Shown here: positions 1 through 25,140 of the stretch, one piece after another | Layout of the letters: each line of letters opens with the position of its first letter | Position numbering within the stretch: the first letter of the stretch is position 1 | NCBI RefSeq assembly: GCF_964355755.1 | Contig: NC_092679.1 | Coordinates: 1,580,201 to 1,644,200, forward strand | Direction of reading: 5' to 3' | Origin: Antedon mediterranea | Taxonomy: Eukaryota; Animalia; Echinodermata | DNA length: 64,000 bases | Translations under genes and position numbers: made by a program | The notes under the pieces: generated by a model | What the model saw: the letters and a program-made list of their open reading frames with translations, nothing else | The model's database searches: none | Told to the model about the DNA's origin: nothing

Positions 1-791
1 TATAATATATTTTCCAGAAAATCAGTATATAAGACGGGTGCAATACTACATTTGTCTTTTATCATTAAAAAGTTATATATTACAATATTCATAAATTACC
101 TGTTAAGTGTTGATGATCTGATCAAAGTCTATTAACGTGTCCCTAAAGACCTAATTTATTCCTAAATTACTAATTCATACATATTTTTTATTTACTTTTT
201 ATCGACTTTACGATACTTTTTAAGTCAGATATCTGGATTAATAGTTATTACATATGACTGAGCGGCATATTACCACTCTGTTGCTATTAATTTTCCTTCA
301 AATATGCCGTATGTCAAAGGTCAACACAACAATATTACAAATTTATTTATACATTTATTATATAGATTATATTTTATAAGAAAAAAACCCCACAAAGATA
401 GCACACTGTAGTGTATAGAGACCATGATTGCTTGCTCTCATGAGGAGCATCAGCAAGGGCTAACATTATGGTTGGCAAACTGATCGTATAGACCTATTAA
501 TTCAATACCATCCATTTCAGTAATTATTTTAGGCTAATTATTCCTAATTATTCTTCTTAAAAAAGAATGCAAGCCAACATATGAATTGAAATTTATATCC
601 GATACAAAAGTAGTACAAAAATATATACTTCGATATAGTCATTGACCATTAAATGCATATTGGTGTCATTAACAATAATAATACATTTACAAATTTAATC
701 CGGAATAATCTGGGGATTTAGTTAATCTAATAATTGCATATACTGCCGTATTTACTTTGCAGTATAGGTTTGTAACACGCCGGTGAAGAAT

Positions 792-1125
792 TAAGCTTAG
801 TTTCCACTAGCATGGGACGCAACCCAATGACGTAGGCGCAACGTAAAGCTTGGTTCCCACTAGGACGCAACGCAGGGATGTAGACGCAACGTAAAGCTTG
901 GTTCCCACTAGGACGAAACGCAAGAACGTAGGCTCAACGTAAAGCTTGGTTCCCACTAGGACGAAACGCAAGGACGTAGGCACAACGTAAAGCTTGGTTC
1001 CCACTAGGACGAAACGCAAGGACGTAGACACAACGTAAAGCTTCCCACTAGGACGAAACGCAAGGACGTATAGGCACAACGTAATGCTTGGTTCCCACTA
1101 GGACGCAACGCAAGAACGTAACGTA
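792..1125 (+). repeat. 48-bp tandem array of family B MITE left ends (~7 units)
   Basis: Unit TAAAGCTTGGTTCCCACTAGGACGAAACGCAAGGACGTAGGCACAACG at 844, 892, 940, 988, 1036 and further variants. Confidence 0.9.
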
Positions 1126-1441
1126 AGTTGACCAATGACAAGCGACGGTTCAAGTCATCGCTTGTGATTGGTCATATCACTTGCGATGTGCTAAAGCCAG
1201 TTGCGTTGCGTTCCAAGCTTTACTTAATCTACTGTGTATGGAGATACTTCGTGGTTTTATATACAAATGCGACGGCTATATCTAGTGTCTAGTGTATTAT
1301 ACAAGTACAGGTTCATAATTTATCAGTGAATGATGATGCTATATAAAAACGAATAGCACTGTCTCAGATAAATGATGTCATTGGTGGTAGGCTACTTTCT
1401 GCTAGTGTTGATGTTTTGTCTTATTGTAACATTGTTGATGT

Positions 1442-7430
<5,989 letters not shown>

Positions 7431-10400
7431 GTTCAAATGAAATTACTCCCTTGACAGACTATTATATATAATAGATAACTTACATGGTAGTCGTATAATA
7501 AATAATAACTGTCTATTGGTATGGACCAATCATAATTAAACGCGCTGTGACTGGCTACTTTATTTCTACACAAATCATAATAAGACGCGCTGTGATTGGC
7601 TACTTTATTCCTTCACAAATCATAATAAGACGCGTTCTGATTGGCTACTTTATTCCTTCACAAAATTGATGGTAGAGTGCAATAAAAGGGAACGATGCAC
7701 TTTTTAAAACGGAAACAAGCACTAATTGAAAAAAAAAAAATCTTGAATTATTGTACCATAATCAAAATATTAGTCAGATTTAAAGAAGTTTAATAAATAT
7801 TATTAAATGAAGATAAATTATGCCGTGGCATTTGAGCGCAAACCTTTTAAACTGAGCAGTATACAGTATGGCATACTGATTAGTTGACGAAGTACCTTAC
7901 TAAAGCTCTATCTGGCTACACTATCAAACTTTATGTGACAAACGAAATGTGATGTGCCCATATATGGACATGATGACGTCATATCACTACCGTATTTGAG
8001 CATATCACTACCATATTTGGGCATTACACTGCTTTGTCAAACAACTATAGGTTGATAGTGTAGACAAAGCTTAAGTTATAGTTTCTGGTGTCTTCGACTT
8101 TCAGAAATCGAAATGTATATATGATAACGATTCTGATCATGATATAATGAATAGCGGCGAGATGGATTATCTGTTAAAAATAATTGATCGGATGTATTCC
8201 CGATTGGATTAAGTTAAGCATGATCCATTAATGTGAATACTTAAACTGTGACGAGTTATAAATGATGCAATGTATATATCAACTGATTGAGTAGACCAAA
8301 TGATGTATAGGTCAGTTCCATGTCATAGTTTCATAAAGCTGAAAAATGTGATGTGCCCATATATGGACATGATGATGTCATATCACTACCATATTTGGGT
8401 ATATCACTGCATATTTGAATACATCAAGAGCTTATACAATAATGATGAATAAGCTCCATTTATTGATGGGGTGGGAAATTGGCCGATTACGATAGGGCAC
8501 CAGTCCAGTGGTACTGGTAGTTAATAAATAGCAACTTAGAATCACTTTGGTTCGATCTATAGGCCTACTTGTTACTGTTATTTTCAAGATAAAAACAACA
8601 TGGAGCTTGCGTTCCTTTTGTGAATTTGAATGTCTCTCTCGTTTGTTAAATTTGTATTTCTTTTGTTAATAAGAACTAAATAAAATATGGTTGTGTTAAT
8701 TTTTTAGGCCTACATATTGATTAATTTTTTAATGGGTTTTTTAGTCAAAAAATGCTTTCAAAATAAACTTTAAAAGCAGACACTCCTATGATTGATGTTA
8801 TGCTTATTTGATAAAATATTTTACTACAAAAATCAAATTTTAAATAGTGGCATGAGGTAACATTTATTCTGAAAATACTACTGTAGCTACTTTAGTACAG
8901 AATGGAGGCTGCACAACAATACACCCACCCCTTACAACAATGAGGACGCAATTTTACATTTCAATTATACGTTGCAAGTACCTGGCTAATATTTACAATA
9001 GTACTTGGAAGTAACGCTTACACTACTTAAACTTACTGTCTACATTATCAAACTTTATGTGACAAGAAAATGTGATGTGCCCATATATGGACATAATGAT
9101 GTCATATCACCACCATATTTGGGCACATCACACTTTTTTTTATCAAACTAGTTTAATAGTGTACAGAGAGCTTAAAGCTTGGTTCCCACTGGGACGCAAT
9201 GACGCAAAACAACTATGTTACCAATCACGCAGTGGATGCAGTGGATCATCCGAACCGTGATCAGTCAACTCACTTGCGTAGCCCTTGGGTTGCTTCCAGG
9301 TGGTAACCAAGATTAAACGAGACCCAACACAGGTTTGACATCACAATACTTGCGTCCAGACAATGCTGCTACGAAGAAATTCACATCAAATTAGATGATA
9401 GGTAATTTCAAAAAGTATATCTAGAAATACTTGCACAAGATAAATCGTTTTTGGCATCATTTGCCTTCCATATTGATTGTAAAAAAAATTCTAAAAACAG
9501 TGATGATGATGAGTGAGAAATAGTTTTCATCTTGTATCACGTCAAGCAAATAAAAAAGGGCCACAAATTAACCTCAGAATTGAGATTTTTGATTAAAAAC
9601 AGTTTGGTTAACAACATTTTTGAAAATCTGTACAAAGTGTGATGTAAACAACCTGTACATGTATGACACAAATATGTACATAAACAAAAGTAACAAATTC
9701 TAACACATAATAATAATAATCAATCCCATGATGCTTAGCCAGAATAATCACTTCCATAATGCTTAGCCAGGAAGTTCATGGAATTACAAATCTAAGAATT
9801 TCACAAATAGGAATAATATATCACCACTGTATCAAGGTAAATAGTATATGGAAAAAATACCTTTAAACCAAATGATATGCTGTTTGGAATAATTAAGTAT
9901 ACTAGTGTTAGTAGTAGGCTTATCCATGATTTATGTCTAAGAAGTCTACCATAATATTTAAATATCTAGGGTAACACCAGAAAATTCACCCAATGCATTC
10001 CTTCCTAAATACATGTCCAGATAGAGCTTAAAGGTACCAACCCTAGGCATCTTATTAGGGTCACCACAAACACATCTCGGCCACATGCTAGGTGTATCAC
10101 ACTTACATGTCAAAGTCACACATAACGAGACCAGCAGTTTATAAAGCTCTGTCTACACTATCAAACTTTATGCGACAAAAAAATGTGATGTGCCAAAATA
10201 TGGACATGATGAAGTCATAACACTACCATATTTGGAGATATCACTACCATATTTGGGGATATCACTACCATATTTCAGGATATCACTACCATATTTGGGG
10301 CTATCACTACCATATTTTTCTCAAACTAGATTGACAGTTTAGACAGAGCTTAGACTGGTAAAGTACAGTAGTAATGTTTGTGTCGTCTTCTCTTACTATT

Positions 10401-10594
10401 GTATCAGATTTCAAATAGTATAACACAATCGCATAGAAAATAATTTATACAGACTTACAATACATTAGTATACATGAATACACAGACGGCTGATGCATCC
10501 TGGTGATAATCTCATGTTTGTTTTTGCAGATTATTCATTACATAATCAGTATTTATAATAATCATATTCCGTTTTTAATAATGTATTTAATCAA

Positions 10595-13500
10595 TCAAAT
10601 TAATCCCCGTTTCTTTTTGTATTCTGCTAAGTTTAGTGAGCGTCTGGGAGCCCCGTCAACGGACGAGTTATGAGGCTTAGTCAACTGTGATCGGCTTTCT
10701 GTTAAAAGATGTAATTGGATTGGATTAATGAATGATAAACAAGAAAAAAAATGTAAATATATATGCTGGCTTTCTGTTATAATGGAATTGAACGATAAAC
10801 ATAATAACACTGTGAAAATATTGCTGGTTTTTTTACATCTTTATGTGGCAGAGATTGTTATGGGGCAGAGATCTTTATGTGGCAGAGATCTTTATGTGGC
10901 AGAGATCTTTATGTGGCAGAGATCTTTATGTGGCAGAGATTGTTATGGGGCAGAGATCGTTATAAGGCAGAGATTGTTATGGGGCAGAGATCTTTATGTG
11001 GCAGAGATTGTTATGGGGCAGAGATCTTTATGTGGCAGAGATCTTTATGTGGCAGAAATCATTATGGGGCGCAGATATTTATCTGGCAGAGATCTTTATG
11101 TGGCAGAAATCATTATGGGGCAGAAATCATTATGGGGCAGAAATCGTTATGTGGCACAGATCTTAATGTGGCACAGATCTTAATGTGGCAGAAATTGTTA
11201 TGGGGCAGAGATCTTTATGGGGCAGAGATCTTTATGGGGTAGATATCATTGATGTTTTTTTTTATGGAGACAAAATAAAAAGCAAAAATACCACTCACCA
11301 ACAATTGGAACGTCTAAATCAATTTTGATTTCAAAATCATGAGCTTGAAAGAGATCATTGGAAACCTTTCTTTCGTTAACTTTTGCTGGCATGGCCTCTT
11401 GCGTTAATGATGCAATGATGTCTGCTGTCTGTAAAACAGAAAAAAGATCCATATTAAAAAAGCTATTATCAAAAGTAATCATATTTGACATGTTGATATA
11501 AAGTTTGTGGTACACCATGTATAGTTCTGAAAAGAAAGTAGACAATAGAGGCAAGTGAGTGTAGTTGTCTAGTAAGTCCAGTCAAATGACAGGGTCTGCA
11601 TATGATTTTTGGCCTGTAAAAGTACTTGTAATGTTACCATGTCTGCAGTGCTGATTTTTCCTCCTGAGGCTGCACTCTTCCTAGCTTGTTCATCTTTTAG
11701 TTTTTGCAGCAGTAACTGGTGATCTTCCTCCATATCTTTTGTCTACAAAACCAAAAGTTGTGTCAATATTTTCTTCTTACAATTTTATTTTACAGTTTTT
11801 TTTTTAACATGCTTTTGAACAGATATTGGGCTATGATACCCTCTTGGGCATTTATCAAATTTGTAATAATAATAATAATAAATAAGTAAACAATTAAAAC
11901 CAAACAGTATTCAAATATCAAAAAGCTTCTATGTATTTAATGAAATAACAAGATAGTTATTAGAAATGTTACCTTGGTAACAAGAGTTGGTCGACACTGA
12001 CGACGAGTAAACGGATCATCTGGAGCATTTTCCATTTCTTTAATTTCATCTACTGCAGCTTTTTCCGAATCCGCAATGTTGCGTTCACGATTACGTTGAT
12101 TTATATATCTAAAAGAAGTAACATTAAAACTTACATAAAAAACTCTAAACTCTGTCTACAATATCAAACTTTAAGTGACAGAAAATTATATATTAAGAAT
12201 TATTTTTGTAATGGTGTAACTGATATCAAAAATACTTACGCAACAGCGTTGACATTTTTATTCCTAACCCGATCAAGCTGTTCCGCTCTTTCTTCTAATT
12301 CTTCTAAACGTTGGTTCAGTTCAAACACCTCTTTCTCTCTACTTTCTAACATCGCTAGATCCTTTAAAAAAAGCAAAAATAAATTTAGAATATGCGCATT
12401 ATAAAAAAAGGTTTGAAGTACTACTTTCTATCTACGAATCATTATTTTTATCCATTAAAAAATCTAATTGACATTCATTAAATCACTTACTCTTCTCTTC
12501 ATAAGTTGTGTTTTCTTCATTGCGTAATTCCTTGGATTTCTGCGGAATCGTTCTTTTTCTGTTACAATCTAAATTTTTTTGAAAAAAAAATGTATTTAAG
12601 TTTAGTTTCATAATCAAAATTTCAGTTTATGTAAATCTCTGTCTACACTATCAAACTAGTTTGATGTACCGAAATATGGTAGTGATATGCCCAAATATGG
12701 TAGTGATATGACATCATCATGTCCATCACATTTTTTTTACATATATTTTGATAGTATAGACAATGTTTAAGAGTTGAATTTGGTAGATAAAATTAAATTT
12801 TAGCTCCACCAAGAACAATTGCATTTGTGTTGTGTTAATTAATTATAAAATAATTTCTATACCTGCTCAATATCTTCTTCCTTGTATCGATATGACAAGG
12901 CATTCTTAACATCCTCCATTTTCTTATTAATATCTCCTACAGTTGGCAATGGCAATCGCCGCATATCCATCTGAAACAACAAATGATAAAATAGTCTTCA
13001 CATAATTTATTACCATACATCCTCAGGTATAATCCCACTTTGGGTCTAATCCCACCCTTCTACTTTATGTCTGATTTCACAAACAGGCATATCCTTAGGT
13101 ATAGTCCCAGTATTGGTCTGGAAGCATCATTATAGCCAGTTCAGATGAGTTTTTACAAGAAATGCTTTTTTTCCCCTGATCCACGGTTTCCCCTGGTATA
13201 GACCCACCTCACAAAATCAACCTAATTTTGTGATTTAGGAGGGTGGGATTATACCAGAGGATATACGGTTTTGAAAATTGAAAATAAAATATGGTTAAAT
13301 TCATCCAATTTTGTGAAAATCAACATTTTGACACTTACATCCTCTTTCCATTTCATAAACTCTGAATCAGTGAAATCTTGATTTGATATAAACTCTAACC
13401 GGAATACTCGTTCTTGATTTGCATACCTAAAATAAAAATGTACCCAAATACGATAGTGATATGACATCATAATGTCCATATATGGGCACATCACATTTTG

Positions 13501-16500
13501 TTTTTTACATAAAGTTTGATAGTGTAGACAGAGCTTAAGAATGAATGAACTATGAATAGTTAGTGTAAAAACAATACAGATCAGTAAATACCAAAGAGGT
13601 TATATGCTGATTAACAACACCTTTGTTTATTTAAGTTCTATATACTTGTTCTTATGTAAAAGGGTCCTACAAAAAAACGAAGCTACAGCTTTTTTATGCA
13701 GGATCCCTGTTTCAGTTGTACTGTAATTATGATGTACTGTAATTGATGACTAAATAGATGTGGAATAAATGAAATAAATGAAATGATAATCTAGAGTGTG
13801 AACTAAGTGAGAGCAAAGGATTGTAAACTTACTTAAGTTTTAATCCTTTGTTAGTTTTTGTTGATCCTAGTTGATAAATCTTTGCTGTTTGTACAACTTC
13901 TTTAATTTCTGCAACCTAAAATAAAAATAACAATTTACTCAGTTACCAATATTTGCTTTAAATGTGCCAATCTTAATTGGCTTAATTAATATTAATCATA
14001 TAGGCATAATGATGATACGTACCCTATATACTGGCCGTCCTTCATTGTTACCAATTCCTATCCTGACAAAGCACCCAATTACAGTTGTAGGAAAGAATGG
14101 CATATGAACCCATCTATGCATACAAAATAGATCTTTGTTAATAATGTTCTTAATTTAAATACTAACACTATGGCATGTGGTTCTTAATTTAACAGTCATG
14201 CTACAGTCAATTCTCTCAATACTTATTATTATTGGGCTGGCTTAATATGACTGGATGTTTTTAATTGTAAAAAAAAGAATCTGAAATGTTTTGGACCTCA
14301 AGGAAAGAAGCTACTAACAATTTGGTAATTTTATGATTTGATTAATCAAGCAGAAATAAGGTCACACAATTCAAGTGTAAATTCATTGAGATTTAGAAAG
14401 AGGAAATAGACATACAATTTACATTACAATTACCTTTCCATTTTGTTCCTTGAAAGTCGTATCTTACTCAGATCTGACTTATCTGCTATTGGTTGGTCCT
14501 GTTTATCATCTTCCCCACTAAGCAAAAAATAAATAAATATCAATACCATATTTGGGCATATCACTACCATATTTAAGATGGCGAGTGGTACCAAGACACT
14601 TACTCTTCAGCGTCTGAGGCTGAGACAACATCCTGCTCATCACTTGATGACGATGAGCTCTTGCTGCTTCCTTTGTCTTCTTCCACCTCTTCTTCCGCAT
14701 CGTCGTCTTCGTCATCATCGTCTGAATAAACTTCACTTGCTTTTAAAGGTTCTTTCTTGGCTAAAAGCGCTTCAGCTGTAAGAAAAAAAAAACATATGTA
14801 ATGATTGTATAACAGGGACTGTAATACTGGCCACTGTGTATGTTCTTAAGCTCTGTCTACACTATAAAAACAAGTTTATTATGTGTAAAATATGATCAAA
14901 TATATGGTATTGATATGACATCATCATGTCCATATATGGGCACATCACATTTTTTGTCACATAAAGTTTGATAGTGTAGACAGAGCTTTAATCTACTGCT
15001 GTTACTATTAAACAACTACTGAATTGCTACTGCAGCGCAACGTAAGGATTTAAGAACACCTCCTTTAATAAGTTTTCGTGAGGTGGTTTCCCGAAAGATC
15101 GTAAAATCAAAACGGTACTGGGTATGACCAACTAGCGTTATTGTCACCGGCTAGTCATCCATTCATAGAAGTACTAATGTAGTAGCCTACCTGTACGGTG
15201 ACCATAGAATGTGACCCGAGGCATGACTAACTACGACTTTTAGATGATAGAAAGTTGCGAAAAATTGTTACGAGTAGTTTTACGACATGAAGATGTTTAT
15301 GAAATTATGTTAAAGATGTAAAAACATATTACATTAGGTATATAAACAGTAATGAGTGTTAGTAAAAATAATATAATGTAAAAAAGATATAAGGAAGAAA
15401 AGCAAAGAGATTATGGAGCGGCTGTACCTGAATATACAATATAAATATTGTAAGGTTAAAAACTAGAAATTTAGGCGATCTTGTCAAAGGTCAAGCGCCT
15501 TCAGCCTGCCACGTTTCGATATTCAATATTGAACTTGACCTTTAATGAGTTCTTACTTTTCTTTTTCTTCTTTTCTCTTGCATCCCTCAAACTCTTGATA
15601 GCTATTGCCTTCTTGTCTTTCTTTTCTTCCACAGTTCTTCTTCTCTCTTTACTCTTGTCACTCTGAGACGACATTAACTTCCGATGGATGTCCTCTTTCA
15701 TCTTTCGCTTTTTCTCTTTCTTCGCATGTTTTAACTTTCTCTCAATTTCAAACCTAAAGTGGAATAGAATGTAGAATGTATTAACCTATACACAGAAAAA
15801 TAAATAGGGACCTGTACAATGTTTCTAAATGAAGTAATAAAATAAGTACAAGTATAAAAGCATTGTTAAACCTATCTCAACCGGTTAGTTTCATTGAAGA
15901 AAATCAAACTCTGGAGTGCTATGAATATGCAAAATGACAAATTTGCATATAATCTTACCCATAATTCCAGATTGAAATATACTACACTATCAAACATTAT
16001 GTGACAAAAAAATGTGATGTCTCCATAAATGGACATGATGATGTCATATCACTAGCATATTTAAGCATATCACTAGCATTTGGGCACATCACATTTTGTT
16101 TGTCACACTAGTTTGATAGTGTAGACAGGGCTTTATATTACCTTGTCATCAATGCTTCTCGCTTCTCTGCTCTGTTGAATATCTCCTGTTCTCTCTCCAT
16201 CTCTGTCATCATGTCAAGCTTAGCCTTGTCGGCCTCGTCTCCCATCAGGTTCTCATCATATCCATCGTTAAACTGTTCATCATCGTCTGAGCTTGACAAG
16301 TTACTAGAAACATTGTCACTGGAATCAGAAACTTCTCCTGAAATTGTCACAGAAATAAAATGTGTTTTAAATTCATTTTGTGTGTACAAGCAAGCGAATA
16401 TACAGTAACAACCGGATGCTGAGCTCTGGAGGCCTTGTAGTAATGTGTAAAGGAGCATTCAGGTGTGTGTGTATATATATCCCATAATAAAAAAATTCTT

Positions 16501-17530
16501 CTATACCTTCTTCAGGAGATGACTTGTCTGAATCACTTTCAATTGACCCTCCATCTGATGTGACCTTTGACTTAGATTTTGTGACCTTTTTCTTAACTTT
16601 CTTCTTTTTCTTCCCACTCATTGTCCACTGTAAGGAAGCAATACGCCAATAGTATATTGATTATCATCATTAAAAAAAAATGTTTGTCTGCATAAAAAAA
16701 ATGTTTGTCTGCAAATGATTAAGATTTCACCTGGTATAATAACAGATTTGTTCAAATTACAAAAACAAAATCTTTTGCCTGACAGGTTTTACTCACATCG
16801 TCATCACTTTCAGATGTTTCTGAATCAGAATCACTTTTCTGAGACGAATTTTGCACTTCTTCTTTTTTCTTCTTCTTTTTTACCAATGTACGTAATCCCT
16901 AGAATTTAAGTTCAAGAAATTGACAACATATTGGAAGCACTTGATCTTTGAAAAATTGTTTAATAAATGAAATATTATACAGTAATGCATGCTCGCTCAT
17001 TCAATTGAATAATCTTAAGAAAATGGATACATGGTACCATATATTGGTAGGAAAGATCTGTAGAGGATAGGTATGTTTAGCATTGCATAGAAAGAAAGAA
17101 AAAACTTTAAAAAAAAAAGGAGATTGGAAATGTCTTCAATTCAATCGATCTTAAATTAAAAGAATAAAATAGCATCATTTTTGTTTATTTATAAATCATA
17201 CTTACATGTTGTGATGATACTACAAAACAAATTCAATGAATCATTCTTCAATTCACAGTCTTTTAAGATTATCTTTTGTTAGTGACCTAAGGCTACCTAG
17301 TAGGGCTAAAACCTCTTTCATCGTATTTCACTAAATGGAAGGCATAGAATAGCCTAGCTACCACTACCTAGCTAGGCCTAGCACACATGGGAAATTCCCA
17401 TTTATTATCTATTTTAAGGCTTAAAGAGTTATAGAAATACATAATATAAACATACAGCATCAAGATCTGAATTACTATCTGAACTATCAGAGTCTTCAAC
17501 GACGGCAGTTCGCTTTCTTTTTGACGACAT
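10595..17530 (-). CDS. RTF1: RTF1, PAF1-complex associated elongation factor (~17 coding exons)
   Basis: N-terminus [15 protein letters not shown]; [41 protein letters not shown]; Plus3 domain [30 protein letters not shown] and [19 protein letters not shown]; [14 protein letters not shown]; C-terminus [20 protein letters not shown]. Confidence 0.97.
10837..11245 (+). repeat. 17-bp minisatellite (~24 units) in the last RTF1 intron
   Basis: Units GGCAGAGATCTTTATGT / GGCAGAGATTGTTATGG. Confidence 0.95.
13013..13268. mobile_element. Tc1/mariner-type MITE (CCGTA termini) in an RTF1 intron
   Basis: CCATACATCCTCAGGTATAATCCCAC ... GTGGGATTATACCAGAGGATATACGG inverted termini; TA on the left flank. 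Confidence 0.7.
14849..14987. mobile_element. Family A MITE, clean copy with TTA target duplication
   Basis: TTA-AGCTCTGTCTACAC...GTGTAGACAGAGCT-TTA inside an RTF1 intron. Confidence 0.9.
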
Positions 17531-17864
17531 AATGTGATAAAACGTGCAACTTTCTGAGGAACACTTCCTAGGCCTTGCAGCGGAGCACCACTCAGCTTTC
17601 TTTCAGCGGAATTCAATAGCCTCTAGCTCCCTCTGCTTCCCACCACCTCTACCGCGCCACCACAAAACACATTTATTTGTCAACAACAGAGGGCGTATTA
17701 CCTTATGCACTTTCTCATTATTTTGTTATTTTTTGTGTGCCATGTTCCATTTCCAACAAGAAACTCCCCATGATCACAATAAAACAACAGAGTTTTAAAA
17801 TTAAGTTACTGCCATTTGATTGCTATTGTTGTTTGTTAATAATACTAATGCACAGGTTGTCATA
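17531..17864. promoter_or_regulatory. Bidirectional promoter region RTF1/ERCC2
   Basis: Divergent start codons only ~335 bp apart; locally higher GC and CpG content. Confidence 0.75.
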
Positions 17865-24153
<6,289 letters not shown>

Positions 24154-25140
24154 ATAACCTCAGAAATACATTGAGCGTTTATGATATTCAGCGTAAAAAA
24201 AATTGGAAAATTAAAAATAGAATTGTTTTAGTTTTTCTGGGGAAATAAACAAGTTTTTTATGCATTCTAATCAGTCTGATGTTTACTTTATGGTGTTGGT
24301 GGGAAACTACACGTTAACCAGAGGAGAAGCAACTGACAAAACAAACAATTTTTCCTTGCATATATTCGCAAGAGAGCACTTTGATTCTTGAGAGAAGGGC
24401 AACAAACTAAATATTGAAACTGTGAAACAAACTAGGCTGCGAGAAACTTGTTGGTAACAGAAAATATAAGCAGTACAAATACATAGCATCATCCAGTTTA
24501 TTAAATGCATACAAATACTATATCTAAACCTAGTATTATGAATAGTTTATACAAAACATACAATTGTTAGTGGTTGACAATAAAATATTTAAAGCTTTTT
24601 GCTGCAAAATACTACAAAAAAGGTTTAATAATGTTAGTAGTCATGTGCTAAGCTCTGTCTACACTATCAAACTTTATGTGACAACAAAATGTGATGTGCC
24701 CATATATGGACCTGATGATGTCATATTACAACCATATTTGGGCACATCACACCTTTTTGTCAGAGTAGTTTGATAGTGTAGACAGACATTTCTATATTGA
24801 TGATAATGTACATGATTCATAAGATATAATGTGATAAAATTATGTAAGTTGGTGTTGCAGACCTGGTCACACTACATTTTTCACTCACTGTATTATCATT
24901 GTTTATATAATATGTAAATTTACAATGAATTTGTTTTAAAATAATTAATGGGGGATATATAAATACAACATATATATTCCTCCATGCATTAACTTTCCCC
25001 ATTTTCAAATTAACCAATCACAGTGAAATTAACCAATTACACACAAAAAATAAATAAAACAATTTTGAGACCAATCATACTATAGAGTAAACAAAAATGT
25101 TGACAAAATACACATTGATGTCTTATGACATTAAATCAGC

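Noticed and set aside
792-1125. CRISPR-like regular array and 90-aa repeat ORF (807-1079)
   Set aside because: No unique spacers or cas genes; the units are tandem MITE ends in a eukaryotic genome.
10728-11242. 151-aa and 121-aa repetitive ORFs
   Set aside because: Read-through of a 17-bp minisatellite antisense to an RTF1 intron.
17623-17670. 15-codon upstream ORF before RTF1
   Set aside because: The TSS is unknown, the ORF is out of frame with RTF1 and has no recognisable conservation, so it cannot be supported.
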